DNA from: an uncultured Candidatus Binatia bacterium
GTDB taxonomy: Bacteria > Desulfobacterota > Binatia > UBA9968 > CAXXLF01
Direction of reading: 5' to 3'
DNA length: 64,000 nt
NCBI GenBank assembly: GCA_965218425.1
Contig: OZ244621.1
Span: 1,344,001 to 1,408,000, forward strand
Made by a program: the position numbers and the translations under genes. A model generated the notes under the pieces. That model ran no database searches. It was not told where the DNA came from and saw nothing but the letters and a program-made list of their open reading frames with translations. How positions within the stretch are numbered: position 1 is the first letter of the stretch; each line of letters starts with the position of its first letter. Of the stretch, positions 9,997-18,467 are shown one piece after another.

Positions 9997-10559
9997 TCCT
10001 CCTTATCGACAACTACGATTCCTTCACCTATAACCTCTATCATTACCTGGGCGAATTGGGGGCGCAGGTTCGGGTCTTTCGAAACGATAAAATTACCCTT
10101 AAGGAAATTGAGGACCTCGGCCCGAAAAAGATCGTTATTTCCCCTGGTCCCTGCACCCCAAAGGAGGCCGGCATATCATGTGACGTGGTTCGCCAATTTG
10201 CCCAGAGGACACCTATTCTCGGCGTTTGCCTAGGACACCAGTGCATCGGGGCGGCCTTCGGGGGCAGAATTATCCAGGCCCCACGGATCATGCACGGAAA
10301 GTTGTCGGACATTTTCCATGATTCTCAGACTATTTTCCAATCCGTGAAAAACCCCATGCTTGGCATGCGCTACCATTCTTTGGTCGTCGACCCTCGCCAG
10401 TTGCCCTCGGAGCTCAGCGTCAGCGCACAGACCGCTGACGAAATCATTATGGGTGTGAGGCATCGAACCTACCCGGTGGAAGGAGTCCAATTCCACCCGG
10501 AGTCTATTCTCACAGACGCCGGCAAGGCGGTGCTGAAGAACTTTTTAGACTACTACTAG
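9993..10559 (+). CDS. trpG: Anthranilate/aminodeoxychorismate synthase component II (glutamine amidotransferase)
   Basis: IDNYDSFTYNL, SPGPCTP, GVCLGHQ, RYHSL, GVQFHPES; ATGA overlap with trpE. Confidence 0.92.
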   Translation: MILLIDNYDSFTYNLYHYLGELGAQVRVFRNDKITLKEIEDLGPKKIVISPGPCTPKEAGISCDVVRQFAQRTPILGVCLGHQCIGAAFGGRIIQAPRIMHGKLSDIFHDSQTIFQSVKNPMLGMRYHSLVVDPRQLPSELSVSAQTADEIIMGVRHRTYPVEGVQFHPESILTDAGKAVLKNFLDYY

Positions 10560-10765
10560 CAGTGATTAGTGACAAGTTACGGGTGCTGAGGACTGAGTGC
10601 GGAGGGATCAGAATCGAGGATAGAAGATTGACGATCAAAAAAAAGGCTGAAAGAAAGATCTGGACGCTATGCACTTTGCGCTCTGCTCTATGCGGTCTTC
10701 CCTTAACACTGGTTTCACTATTTTCTGCTAGCTGCTCATTGCAACCTGCCTACTGGTTGTCGCTT

Positions 10766-11149
10766 CTAGGACCCACCTTGCACGGGACGGTTCCGAAGGC
10801 CGGGATACAACCGGTGACGAAGTCTCTGGCTATAAGAGTTGACAGTCTTTACCGATAGTGAACGACGCCTTAGCAGTTCCAGGTGAATAACCTTTTGTTC
10901 GATGTCTTTCATCATACCCTTGCGCTGCCCCTCGTCTTGCACCACTTTCAATAGGTCCCAAAGGGAGTGGATATCCCTACAAAGCTCCATCTCGGGCGGC
11001 AGCATGTGGGCGTTCTTGAGGAGATGGTACGCCATGCGAAGATCTTCAGGCACTGAACTTAGGTCCTCCTTTTCCAAGGGTTTACCCTTACCCGGAAGGT
11101 TATCAAAGGCGCCAGATCTCTGTGCCTCCCTAATTTTCTCTTCCGCCAT
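10766..11149 (-). CDS. DUF1992 / DnaJ-C28-like conserved protein
   Basis: AEEKIREA...G.FDNLPGKGKPL...D.S.VPEDLRMAY.LLKNA..LPPE. True start may be a few codons upstream. Confidence 0.85.
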   Translation of the reverse strand: MAEEKIREAQRSGAFDNLPGKGKPLEKEDLSSVPEDLRMAYHLLKNAHMLPPEMELCRDIHSLWDLLKVVQDEGQRKGMMKDIEQKVIHLELLRRRSLSVKTVNSYSQRLRHRLYPGLRNRPVQGGS

Positions 11150-11239
11150 TCGCTGGATAAAAGAAAGTGCCAGAACTCTCTCCCGTGACCGCGCGGCTAT
11201 TAACCTCGACCGAGATTATAGATTCTTACCGATAAGACA

Positions 11240-11525
11240 TTCAACAATACGACTTTAACAATATTTTCCGCGCCAAGACGCCAAGAGGAGAATTTTTGCC
11301 CAATCGGGAGACGATTATGGGTCAAATCCTAAGGGCTTCAAAAGAGACATGTTTTTGTTTGTCGTCGTCTCCCGACAAACAAAAAGTTAATTCTCTGCGC
11401 CATCTGGTGGCCTCGCGGTGAAATGTCCGAACTCCTGTCTGCGAAAACCTATGTGAATCTGCGGTTCATATGTCTTGTTTTGTCCCCTTTTTTCCCTTGG
11501 CGCCCTTTGGGTCGTCGCGCGAGTC
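11240..11525 (+). repeat. Nested palindromic intergenic element, copy B (different interior)
   Basis: Left arm TTCAACAATACGACTTTAAC-N9-CGCGCCAAGACGCC; right arm CTTGGCGCCCTTTGGGTCGTCGCGCGAGTC. Interior has the hairpin TTTTTGTTTGTCG..CGACAAACAAAAA. Confidence 0.8.
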
Positions 11526-11613
11526 CTCTTCCTTTCGATTCCGGTATCCAAACTCAACCAGAAATTTCAAAATAACTGCGCCTCGTTTCTGACTGCAACG
11601 TTACATTAAAGGG

Positions 11614-12021
11614 CTAGTAACTACGAACTTCAATCTCGTTCCCATCAGGATCCAAGAAATAAATGGAAGTGGCTCTGCCCCTGGCCCCCCAACGGGATAT
11701 GGGCCCCGTCACAATTTGTACCCCGTGATTCTTCATATAATCCACGATCCCGATAAAGTCACTTTGGTCCACAACCAGGCAGAAGTGGCTTAGATTAACA
11801 CTGGGTTTATCCTGCTGGGAGCCCTCTTGTCTCACTGGACTGAAATCAATGAGTGTGTGCTCGTTAATTCGCACAGACGGGAACCCCACCTTACCTTCTT
11901 TGAACTCTTGAATACGCTCTCCCTCAAGTCCTAACACACCCGTATAGAACTCTAGGGTCTTATCAATGTCCCTAACATTCAAGACGATGTGATCTAGCTC
12001 AGTGACCTTGATTGGTTTCAT
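11614..12021 (-). CDS. VOC / glyoxalase family protein
   Basis: LDHIVLNVRDI...EFY..VLG, HFCL, GARG...SIYFLDPDGN.IE. Start set at ATG 12021. Confidence 0.88.
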   Translation of the reverse strand: MKPIKVTELDHIVLNVRDIDKTLEFYTGVLGLEGERIQEFKEGKVGFPSVRINEHTLIDFSPVRQEGSQQDKPSVNLSHFCLVVDQSDFIGIVDYMKNHGVQIVTGPISRWGARGRATSIYFLDPDGNEIEVRSY

Positions 12022-12114
12022 TTTCCCTCTTTCTGGGACCCGTTCCCCTAGCCCACCAGCACCAGAGAAATCCCCTCGAGGTTCTATACACCGGTGGCAT
12101 GGCAAACCGCCGGC

Positions 12115-12351
12115 CTATCCGGACAGAAAAGCACTAGCGCATTCCTCACTGCAAAAATAATGGCCGTTTCGCTGCAGGGCGTCGGTTTTAGGGACATAGC
12201 TCTGACATTGGGGATCTAGAACCATCTCCTCCCCAGAACCGGAAGGACCCTGCTGGGAAGTCCGCCGTTTCCCGCCTCCGAATACAATATAATTGATTAG
12301 GAGTATAACGAGAAAGACTAGGAGAATAAATATAAACAGCCGGAAGACCAA
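12115..12351 (-). CDS. Small membrane-anchored protein with YHS/TRASH-like metal-binding motif
   Basis: N-terminal TM helix, then EEMVLDPQCQSYVP...YFCSEEC. Confidence 0.7.
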   Translation of the reverse strand: MVFRLFIFILLVFLVILLINYIVFGGGKRRTSQQGPSGSGEEMVLDPQCQSYVPKTDALQRNGHYFCSEECASAFLSG

Positions 12352-12383
12352 ATCTTCGCCCTCTCAGGCCCTTGCCCCGGCAA

Positions 12384-12875
12384 TTAAAGTCTCGACAGGC
12401 TCACCCTTTTGTTATCTTTGACATTCACCAGGAGCTGCGAGATGGTCATTCCCAACACCGGATGAATGATCTGAGGAGCGATCTCGCTTAAAGGAATGAG
12501 AACAAATTTCCTGTTCTGCATTTCGGGATGGGGAATGGTGAACCCCCTACGATCCAATTTAAGATTATTATAGAGAAGTATGTCCAGGTCAATGATGCGA
12601 GCGCCCCACCGCTTCTTTGCTTTTTTGCGCCCCATGGCCCGCTCAATACTCTTGCACTTGCTAAGCAACACCTCCGGCCCCAACTCGGTGTCCACCTCAA
12701 TCACCGCATTGACGTACCACTCCTTAGAATCTCCCCAAGGCTCGCTTTCATAGCAAGAGGAGGCTTTGGTGATACGTGTTTTTGGTATATTTCTGATTCG
12801 ATCAAGGGCTTCAAGGTAGTTTCCCTTTTTTTTACCCTGATTGGAACCAATTCCGATGTAAACTTGATGTGCCAC
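12384..12875 (-). CDS. folK: 2-amino-4-hydroxy-6-hydroxymethyldihydropteridine pyrophosphokinase
   Basis: YIGIGSN.G, YESEPWG, IE..MGR...WG.RIIDLDIL, IPHP..QNR.FVL.PL.EI.P. Confidence 0.95.
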   Translation of the reverse strand: MAHQVYIGIGSNQGKKKGNYLEALDRIRNIPKTRITKASSCYESEPWGDSKEWYVNAVIEVDTELGPEVLLSKCKSIERAMGRKKAKKRWGARIIDLDILLYNNLKLDRRGFTIPHPEMQNRKFVLIPLSEIAPQIIHPVLGMTISQLLVNVKDNKRVSLSRL

Positions 12876-13069
12876 AATTCTCCACGGAACCCAGGCGTGC
12901 CCCGTCCGAGGTTACTTTTCTTCTTGATGAGTTCCGGGTAGAAGTGAAGAAATGTGGATAGCGTGTATCAGCAACTCACCAGGAGTGGGCTAAGACCTGC
13001 GATGTCGTCAGTAACTGCTCCAGATATCGCCCTAATCAGCGTATCTCCTAAAAGTTATTCGGACCGGTA

Positions 13070-14242
13070 TTAAAATTTCATCTGCTGGATTCTATTCACA
13101 ACCTCCTTTAGACGTTCTTTGTCCACACACAGTGTGAAACGGATGTAGCCTTCACCTGATGCACCGAACCCGTTACCTGGTGTACAGACGATGCCTGCCT
13201 CCTCCAGCAGCCGGGTGGCCAGTTGGGCTGATGTGACTCCCTTCGGGACTGCCACCCAAACATAAAAGGTAGCGCGGGGGTTTTCACATTGAAGACCAGC
13301 TTTGTGAAGGGCAGAAACCAGGACGTCGCGCCTCTCCTGGTAGAGCCTTCTCAAGGGTTGCACCAACTCTTCTGAACGGCCCAGGGCTTCAATGGCCGCT
13401 TCCTGCACTGCCTGAAATGCACCGGAATCGACGTTGGACTTGACCTGTGCCAATCCAGCCACGAGATCCGTGTTCCCAACAGCCATCCCGATTCGCCAGC
13501 CAGTCATGTTAAAGGTCTTGGAAAGCGAGTGGAATTCGATCCCCACTTCCCTGGCCCCATCCACCTGAAACAGACTTAAGGGTCGGTAACCGTCGAAGCA
13601 AACCTCCGTGTAGGCGGCGTCGTGACAGAGAATAATCTGGTGGCGGTGGGCAAATCCTACAATCTCTTGGAAAAATTCCTTATCCGCCACCGCGGCGGTG
13701 GGATTATTGGGATAGCCAAACCATAGCATTTTGGCCTGCCGGGCAACTTCCGTGGGGATTGCCTTTAGATCGGGGAGGAAACGGTTCTCCTTCCGAAGGG
13801 GGAGGTGATAGATCTTTCCGCCGTTAAACTGGGTCCCGATCTGATATACAGGGTAGGCAGGGTCAGTGGCCAGTACGAGGTCGCCCGGATCAACATAGGC
13901 CACCGCCATATTGGCGATGCCCTCCTTGGATCCTATAAGGGAAGTGACTTCCTTCGCCGCGTCTAGCTTTACTCCGAAGCGCCCCTGATACCAATCCGCC
14001 ACAGCCCGCCGAAAACTCATCATGCCAGAGCTGCTAGGATAACGGTGATTCTCCGGATTTCCCACAGCCTGCTTGAGTTTTTCGATGATAGGAGTTGGTG
14101 TCGGCGTATCCGGATCGCCCACTCCCAAGTCTATCAGATCAACTCCCTTGGCCTTTGCCTCGTTTTTCTTGCGATCTATTTCGGCAAAGAGGTAAGGTGG
14201 TAACTCTTTAATTCTTTTAGCTTTTTCAAATTCAATAGCCAA
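13070..14242 (-). CDS. dapL: Class I/II PLP aminotransferase, probable LL-diaminopimelate aminotransferase
   Basis: RI..LPPYLFAEID, IDLGVGDPD.PTP, LIGSKEGI, YPNNPT, HDAAY.E, FHSLSKTFNMTGWRIG, TPGNGFG..GEGY.R. Start set at TTG 14242. Confidence 0.75.
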   Translation of the reverse strand: MAIEFEKAKRIKELPPYLFAEIDRKKNEAKAKGVDLIDLGVGDPDTPTPTPIIEKLKQAVGNPENHRYPSSSGMMSFRRAVADWYQGRFGVKLDAAKEVTSLIGSKEGIANMAVAYVDPGDLVLATDPAYPVYQIGTQFNGGKIYHLPLRKENRFLPDLKAIPTEVARQAKMLWFGYPNNPTAAVADKEFFQEIVGFAHRHQIILCHDAAYTEVCFDGYRPLSLFQVDGAREVGIEFHSLSKTFNMTGWRIGMAVGNTDLVAGLAQVKSNVDSGAFQAVQEAAIEALGRSEELVQPLRRLYQERRDVLVSALHKAGLQCENPRATFYVWVAVPKGVTSAQLATRLLEEAGIVCTPGNGFGASGEGYIRFTLCVDKERLKEVVNRIQQMKF

Positions 14243-14323
14243 CTCCGCGTCCCCCGTGATGGAAAATGGCATTTTTTTACCTGTTTTTTGCGATTTTGAC
14301 AACCGATTCCGTTATTATTAATT

Positions 14324-15030
14324 GGGTCATGCCTAGCTGAGTGGGTTTTCGCATAGGTACTGTAGCAGGGTTCGATACTTGTTGGAACCTCGACGGTTGT
14401 ATCGCCATTCGGTTTCCTTGAGATGGAGGTGCAAGGTGTGTTTGGGCAGGCCTTTGAACCTTGCCAGCCTGACCTTCGCCAGAGCCCACAAGCCCTAGAT
14501 GCCGTTGATATGGACGGCCCCCTTGGTGAACTCCTCCTTGCAATGATCGACGCGGAAGTGACCATAGCCGAGATCGACTAGGGCGTTGTAGCCACGCCAG
14601 CCATCGGAATGGATGACGGTGCTGGCGTCCACCCGGCCCCGGATAATGCCCTGTAACGTCGGCTTCGAGCAATCCGAGACGATCTCGGTGTAGACTTGCC
14701 CCTGGCGCTCGAAGATGCCGAAGACGGCTGTTTTGCCGTAGGCACCGCGCCCCAAACAAGCTCTCATCGACCTCGACGACACCAAACAAGGGACGCTGCG
14801 TTTCACAACCAAGCACAATACGCTCCCTCAAGCCACGGTAGAGCCGGTTCACGGTGTGGCGGTTCAGACCGCTCAGAGCCGCCGCCTGGAGTGCGGTCAA
14901 ATCAGCGGCAAAACAGCGCACGACCCCCCGGATCTTGGCCTCAGAAGTCCTTGAACGCTTCGCATGCTTGTTTTTCATTGCCATGTATAGCCTTATGCAT
15001 CATTCTATATTCCTCAGCTAGGCATGACCC
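14324..15030 (-). mobile_element. IS1595-family (IS1016-like) insertion sequence, 707 bp, inactivated transposase
   Basis: Perfect 18-bp TIRs GGGTCATGCCTAGCTGAG (14324-14341 / 15013-15030), flanked by TAATT on both sides. Transposase motifs VEVDES.FG, GK..VFG, IHSDGWRGY, HINGI, LHLKETEWRYN, with a frameshift near 14750 and a TAG at 14495-14497 replacing the expected Glu. Confidence 0.92.
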
Positions 15031-15054
15031 TAATTTTTATTTTAGAAGCTTATC

Positions 15055-15537
15055 ATGGCCATTCAAATAATAGTGGACGGTTATAACCTGATTGGGAGCC
15101 AAAGAGGATTACGGGGAGACCTCGAGGGCAAAAGGTACAGGCTCATCCAAAGGCTTCAGAAGTACCGGGAAAAAAAGGGATTTGGTGTAATTCTGGTGTT
15201 TGATGGATGGCGCTCAGGGCGATCCACCGAGGTTCAACGGCAATCGGGGGGAATAACCGTAATTTTCTCTCAGCAAGGGGAGAAGGCGGACGACGTCATC
15301 ATAAAGCTAGCTAAACAACTTGGCAGCGGTTGCGTTGTTGTGACATCAGACCGAGAGGTCCGCAGATCCGCTGAGGGAAGCAGCGCAGTGGCCGTCTACG
15401 CGGGAGAGTTCACTACCATTCTTCACAATATTGACGATGATGCACCGGACGAAATCCGCCGATCCACTAAGAAGGGCAACCCACGCAAGCTCTCAAAAAT
15501 CGAGAGGAAGAGGCAGGAGGTCCTCAAAAAACTATAG
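15055..15537 (+). CDS. YacP-like NYN domain protein (PIN-like RNase)
   Basis: IIVDGYNLI, LVFDG, V.FS..GEKAD.VI, VVTSDREV. Confidence 0.88.
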   Translation: MAIQIIVDGYNLIGSQRGLRGDLEGKRYRLIQRLQKYREKKGFGVILVFDGWRSGRSTEVQRQSGGITVIFSQQGEKADDVIIKLAKQLGSGCVVVTSDREVRRSAEGSSAVAVYAGEFTTILHNIDDDAPDEIRRSTKKGNPRKLSKIERKRQEVLKKL

Positions 15538-15705
15538 CAAACCATGGCAACCCAAGGCCTGTGACAGCGGCCAAAACATGGACTGCAACCATAGTTTTTT
15601 TACCCTTCCGCCTTTCAATCCGGATATAAACCCCATCGTGCACCGGGTCTTCTAGTGACCGCAGTCACCGAGGGCAATTTCCAGGGGTTCCCACCAACGT
15701 GCAAT

Positions 15706-15734
15706 TTGCCCATTGGGAATCACGGGGGTATCAT
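15706..15734 (+). promoter_or_regulatory. Putative sigma70 promoter for the rhomboid gene
   Basis: TTGCCC-N17-TATCAT, 45 nt upstream of the start codon. Confidence 0.4.
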
Positions 15735-15779
15735 AAAAAGGTCACAGAAACCACTCGTTCTTAGGCAGATGGAACATCC

Positions 15780-16463
15780 TTGATTCCGATTCACGACAAC
15801 AATCCCACGGTGCTCCGGCCCATAGTGACTGTGATCTTTATTATGGCCAATGTGGCGGTATTTCTCTTTGAACTCTCCCTCGGCCCACGGTATCTCGACA
15901 ATTTTATCAATCAAATGGGCATGGTGCCGGCGTCACTCACCCAGGGCCCAGCCCAGGTGAGCAGTGCCTATTGGACTCCTGTGAGCTCCATGTTCTTACA
16001 CGGCGGTTGGATGCACCTGCTCGGCAACATGCTTTATTTGTGGATCTTCGGCAATAACATTGAGGACAGCATGGGACACCTTAGGTTTATCTGTTTCTAC
16101 CTGATTGTTGGGATAGCAGCCGCCGCTACCCATGTGGTTTTGAATCCTACCTCGACCGTTCCAACCATTGGTGCCTCAGGGGCGGTTTCGGGAGTCCTGG
16201 GGGCTTATCTCGTTCTGTTTCCACGTGCGCGTGTCAGGACCTTGGTTACCCTTGGATGGTTCATTCACATCACCTATCTTCCCGCATGGATCCTTCTGCT
16301 TGTCTGGATTGGGTTTCAATTTCTGTCCCATACCATGCAACCCGTGGACCCAAACGCCGCAGGGGTAGCTTACGCAGCTCACATCGGTGGTTTCGTTGCA
16401 GGACTTGTACTGATCCTACCCTTCAGAAAGTACCGACGTAGGGTCTATTCTCGCTACACCTAA
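15780..16463 (+). CDS. Rhomboid family intramembrane serine protease
   Basis: SMFLHGGWMHLLGNMLYLWIFGNNIED, GASGAVSG (catalytic Ser), AHIGGF (catalytic His). Confidence 0.93.
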   Translation: MIPIHDNNPTVLRPIVTVIFIMANVAVFLFELSLGPRYLDNFINQMGMVPASLTQGPAQVSSAYWTPVSSMFLHGGWMHLLGNMLYLWIFGNNIEDSMGHLRFICFYLIVGIAAAATHVVLNPTSTVPTIGASGAVSGVLGAYLVLFPRARVRTLVTLGWFIHITYLPAWILLLVWIGFQFLSHTMQPVDPNAAGVAYAAHIGGFVAGLVLILPFRKYRRRVYSRYT

Positions 16464-16508
16464 GGCGAATTGATAAGTGCACGAATGAAGGGAATGAAGG
16501 GGGACAGG

Positions 16509-16907
16509 TTACCGGCGTCTGCCCGTGATCGATCTTCTGTGGAAATGTCGGCGCCCCGCGAATCCCCTCCTATGGGAGGGCCTAGGCTGTCTAAAAGCTT
16601 CGGAGTGAACATACTGACGGCGTCTGCCACTGTGGGTTTCAGGGTGGATGTATTGGAGACCCTTGAAATTCCTCTTGAAAGACCGTCCATAGCGTCGGTG
16701 AACAGGAAAATGTCTTTTCCTAACACGTCTGATACCGGAGTTGACCACGATAATATTCGTGGCGGCTTGAGGATTATACTCTACGGGATAAGGCTGCGGC
16801 TCGGTCGGTTCGATACTCCTTGCCTGAGAGTAGTATTTTAGGGCAGCTGGATCCGGGGGGGTGATTTGACCTGCCCCTGCGCATGCGTCCCCCTCCTCTT
16901 GGGTCAA
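16509..16907 (-). CDS. Hypothetical protein with Arg/His-rich C-terminus, possibly a 5'-truncated remnant
   Basis: 132-aa ORF with low-complexity basic tail. GGAGG lies 7 nt before the TTG, but the ORF abuts the GC-rich island edge. Confidence 0.35.
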   Translation of the reverse strand: MTQEEGDACAGAGQITPPDPAALKYYSQARSIEPTEPQPYPVEYNPQAATNIIVVNSGIRRVRKRHFPVHRRYGRSFKRNFKGLQYIHPETHSGRRRQYVHSEAFRQPRPSHRRGFAGRRHFHRRSITGRRR

Positions 16908-16987
16908 AGACTACCCTCCAGGTGAGGACAATCAAGGGGAGCAGGTCAGTTGTGCGCCGCCGCGCGCCTGTGACGCCAAATGCTCCT

Positions 16988-18301
16988 TTACAACTCGCCG
17001 TAAAGGATCGCGCAAATGAGGACGGCCGCCGCGACACCGGCGAAATCGGCGCAGAGCGCGGCAACAAGGGCATGCCGTATTCGGCGAATTTGTACCGCCC
17101 CGAAATAGACCGCCAGCACGTAGAATGTCGTTTCCGTCGACCCTTGAAGCGTACTCACCAGATATCCGGCATAGGAGTCCGGTCCGATCGATGGGTCCTG
17201 TATGATCGACGCCAGAACGCCATAGGCACCCGATCCGGAAAGCGGTCGCAGCAGTGCCATGGGCAGCGCTTCGGGCGGCATGCCGAACAGGGTTGTGATT
17301 GGGCCAATCCACGATATGAAAACCTCAAACGCACCACTTGATCGGAACATGCCGACAGCCACCAGGATGGCAATTAGGTAGGGTATGATCCGCAGCGCAA
17401 CGTTGAAACCGTCCTTCGCGCCTTCCACGAAAGCCTCGTAAACCCGCACTTTTCGCGCCACGCCAAAACCAAGCAGGGCAACCATTAGGCCGGGAATGAT
17501 CCACGGCGAGATCGTCTTGCCATAGAGAACCGTCAGGGGGATCAGCGCCGCAATTCCCGCGAGCGTCAGCGCCGAGACCCAGGCCGGGTAGGCATCATCC
17601 GCGGCATCGGGAAGATCCTCACCGGCCATCTCTGGCCCGTCGAAGTCAAGCGCTACGATGTCTTGCGGCGGCGTCACGGCTTGCGCCGATTTCCATCTCC
17701 GCTGCAGGAACAGACACATCAGAATCGCCACCGCCGTCGAACACACGGTTGCGAACAGCGTCGTCGGCAGAACACCCGCAGGATCGTTCGATCCGGCGAC
17801 TGCTCGCAACGCGATGACACCGGTCGGCAACAGCGTCACGCTGGAGGTGTTGACGGCGAGAAAAAGCGCCATTGCATTGGTCGCCGTTCCCTTATGGGCG
17901 TTGAGCTTGTCCAGTTCCTGCATGGCGCGGATGCCGAATGGCGTCGCGGCGTTGCCGAGACCGAGCGCATTGGCGGACAGGTTGAGGATCATCGCGCCCA
18001 TCGCAGGGTGGTTCGCGGGCACCTCCGGAAATAAGCGCACCATGAGGGGACGGATCGTCTTGGCGATCACCGTCAGCATGCCGCCTTCTTCGGCAACCTT
18101 CATCAACCCGAGGAAAAGTGCCATCACGCCGACAAGGCCGATTGCGAGGGTGACCGACGCGCCGGCGGTCTCGACCATCCCGTTGGCCAATCCCTGCATC
18201 GGCGATATCGCGTCGCCGGTCGCGGGCGGACGCCATGTCACCTCACGCCAGCCGGCAACCACAAATGCAATCAGCACAATAGCGAAAAAGATGCCATTCA
18301 C
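16988..18301 (-). CDS. Fused SpmA/SpmB spore-maturation-like membrane protein (nucleoside recognition Gate domains)
   Basis: SpmA: LGLMKVAE.GG...PL...LFPEVP..HPAMG.M..N.SAN.LGLGNAATPFG..AM..L. SpmB: VYE.FVEGAK.GF...I.PYL..ILVA.GMFR.SG...RPLSGSGA...QGSTETTFYVLAVYFG. Confidence 0.9.
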   Translation of the reverse strand: MNGIFFAIVLIAFVVAGWREVTWRPPATGDAISPMQGLANGMVETAGASVTLAIGLVGVMALFLGLMKVAEEGGMLTVIAKTIRPLMVRLFPEVPANHPAMGAMILNLSANALGLGNAATPFGIRAMQELDKLNAHKGTATNAMALFLAVNTSSVTLLPTGVIALRAVAGSNDPAGVLPTTLFATVCSTAVAILMCLFLQRRWKSAQAVTPPQDIVALDFDGPEMAGEDLPDAADDAYPAWVSALTLAGIAALIPLTVLYGKTISPWIIPGLMVALLGFGVARKVRVYEAFVEGAKDGFNVALRIIPYLIAILVAVGMFRSSGAFEVFISWIGPITTLFGMPPEALPMALLRPLSGSGAYGVLASIIQDPSIGPDSYAGYLVSTLQGSTETTFYVLAVYFGAVQIRRIRHALVAALCADFAGVAAAVLICAILYGEL

Positions 18302-18307
18302 GTCAGG

Positions 18308-18405
18308 TCAACTCTCGGGTTGCGCAGGAACGCTCCTTGCGGCCATATAGACCGAAACCGCAACAGCCATGATGAGCGCACCGGACAGGTAAAACGGCCG
18401 CGCTC
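18308..18405 (-). pseudogene. C-terminal fragment of a membrane protein, MFS transporter-like
   Basis: Manual translation ARPFYLSGALIMAVAVSVYMAARSVPAQPES* ends 6 nt before the spmAB start. It resembles the last helix of TetA-like MFS proteins; no 5' part is present. Confidence 0.4.
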
Positions 18406-18467
18406 ACCGGGGCGAATTGATGTAACGCTTTGTCAGGTTCCCGGTCCGGCCGTTATGCATTTCCGAA

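Noticed and set aside
14495..14497. In-frame TAG as pyrrolysine or stop-codon recoding
   Set aside because: The same gene has a frameshift and ordinary genes here end in TAG; simple decay explains it.
14277..14984. 235-aa ORF as an intact transposase
   Set aside because: After FGAR it runs out of frame; the catalytic region is in another frame and is interrupted by TAG.
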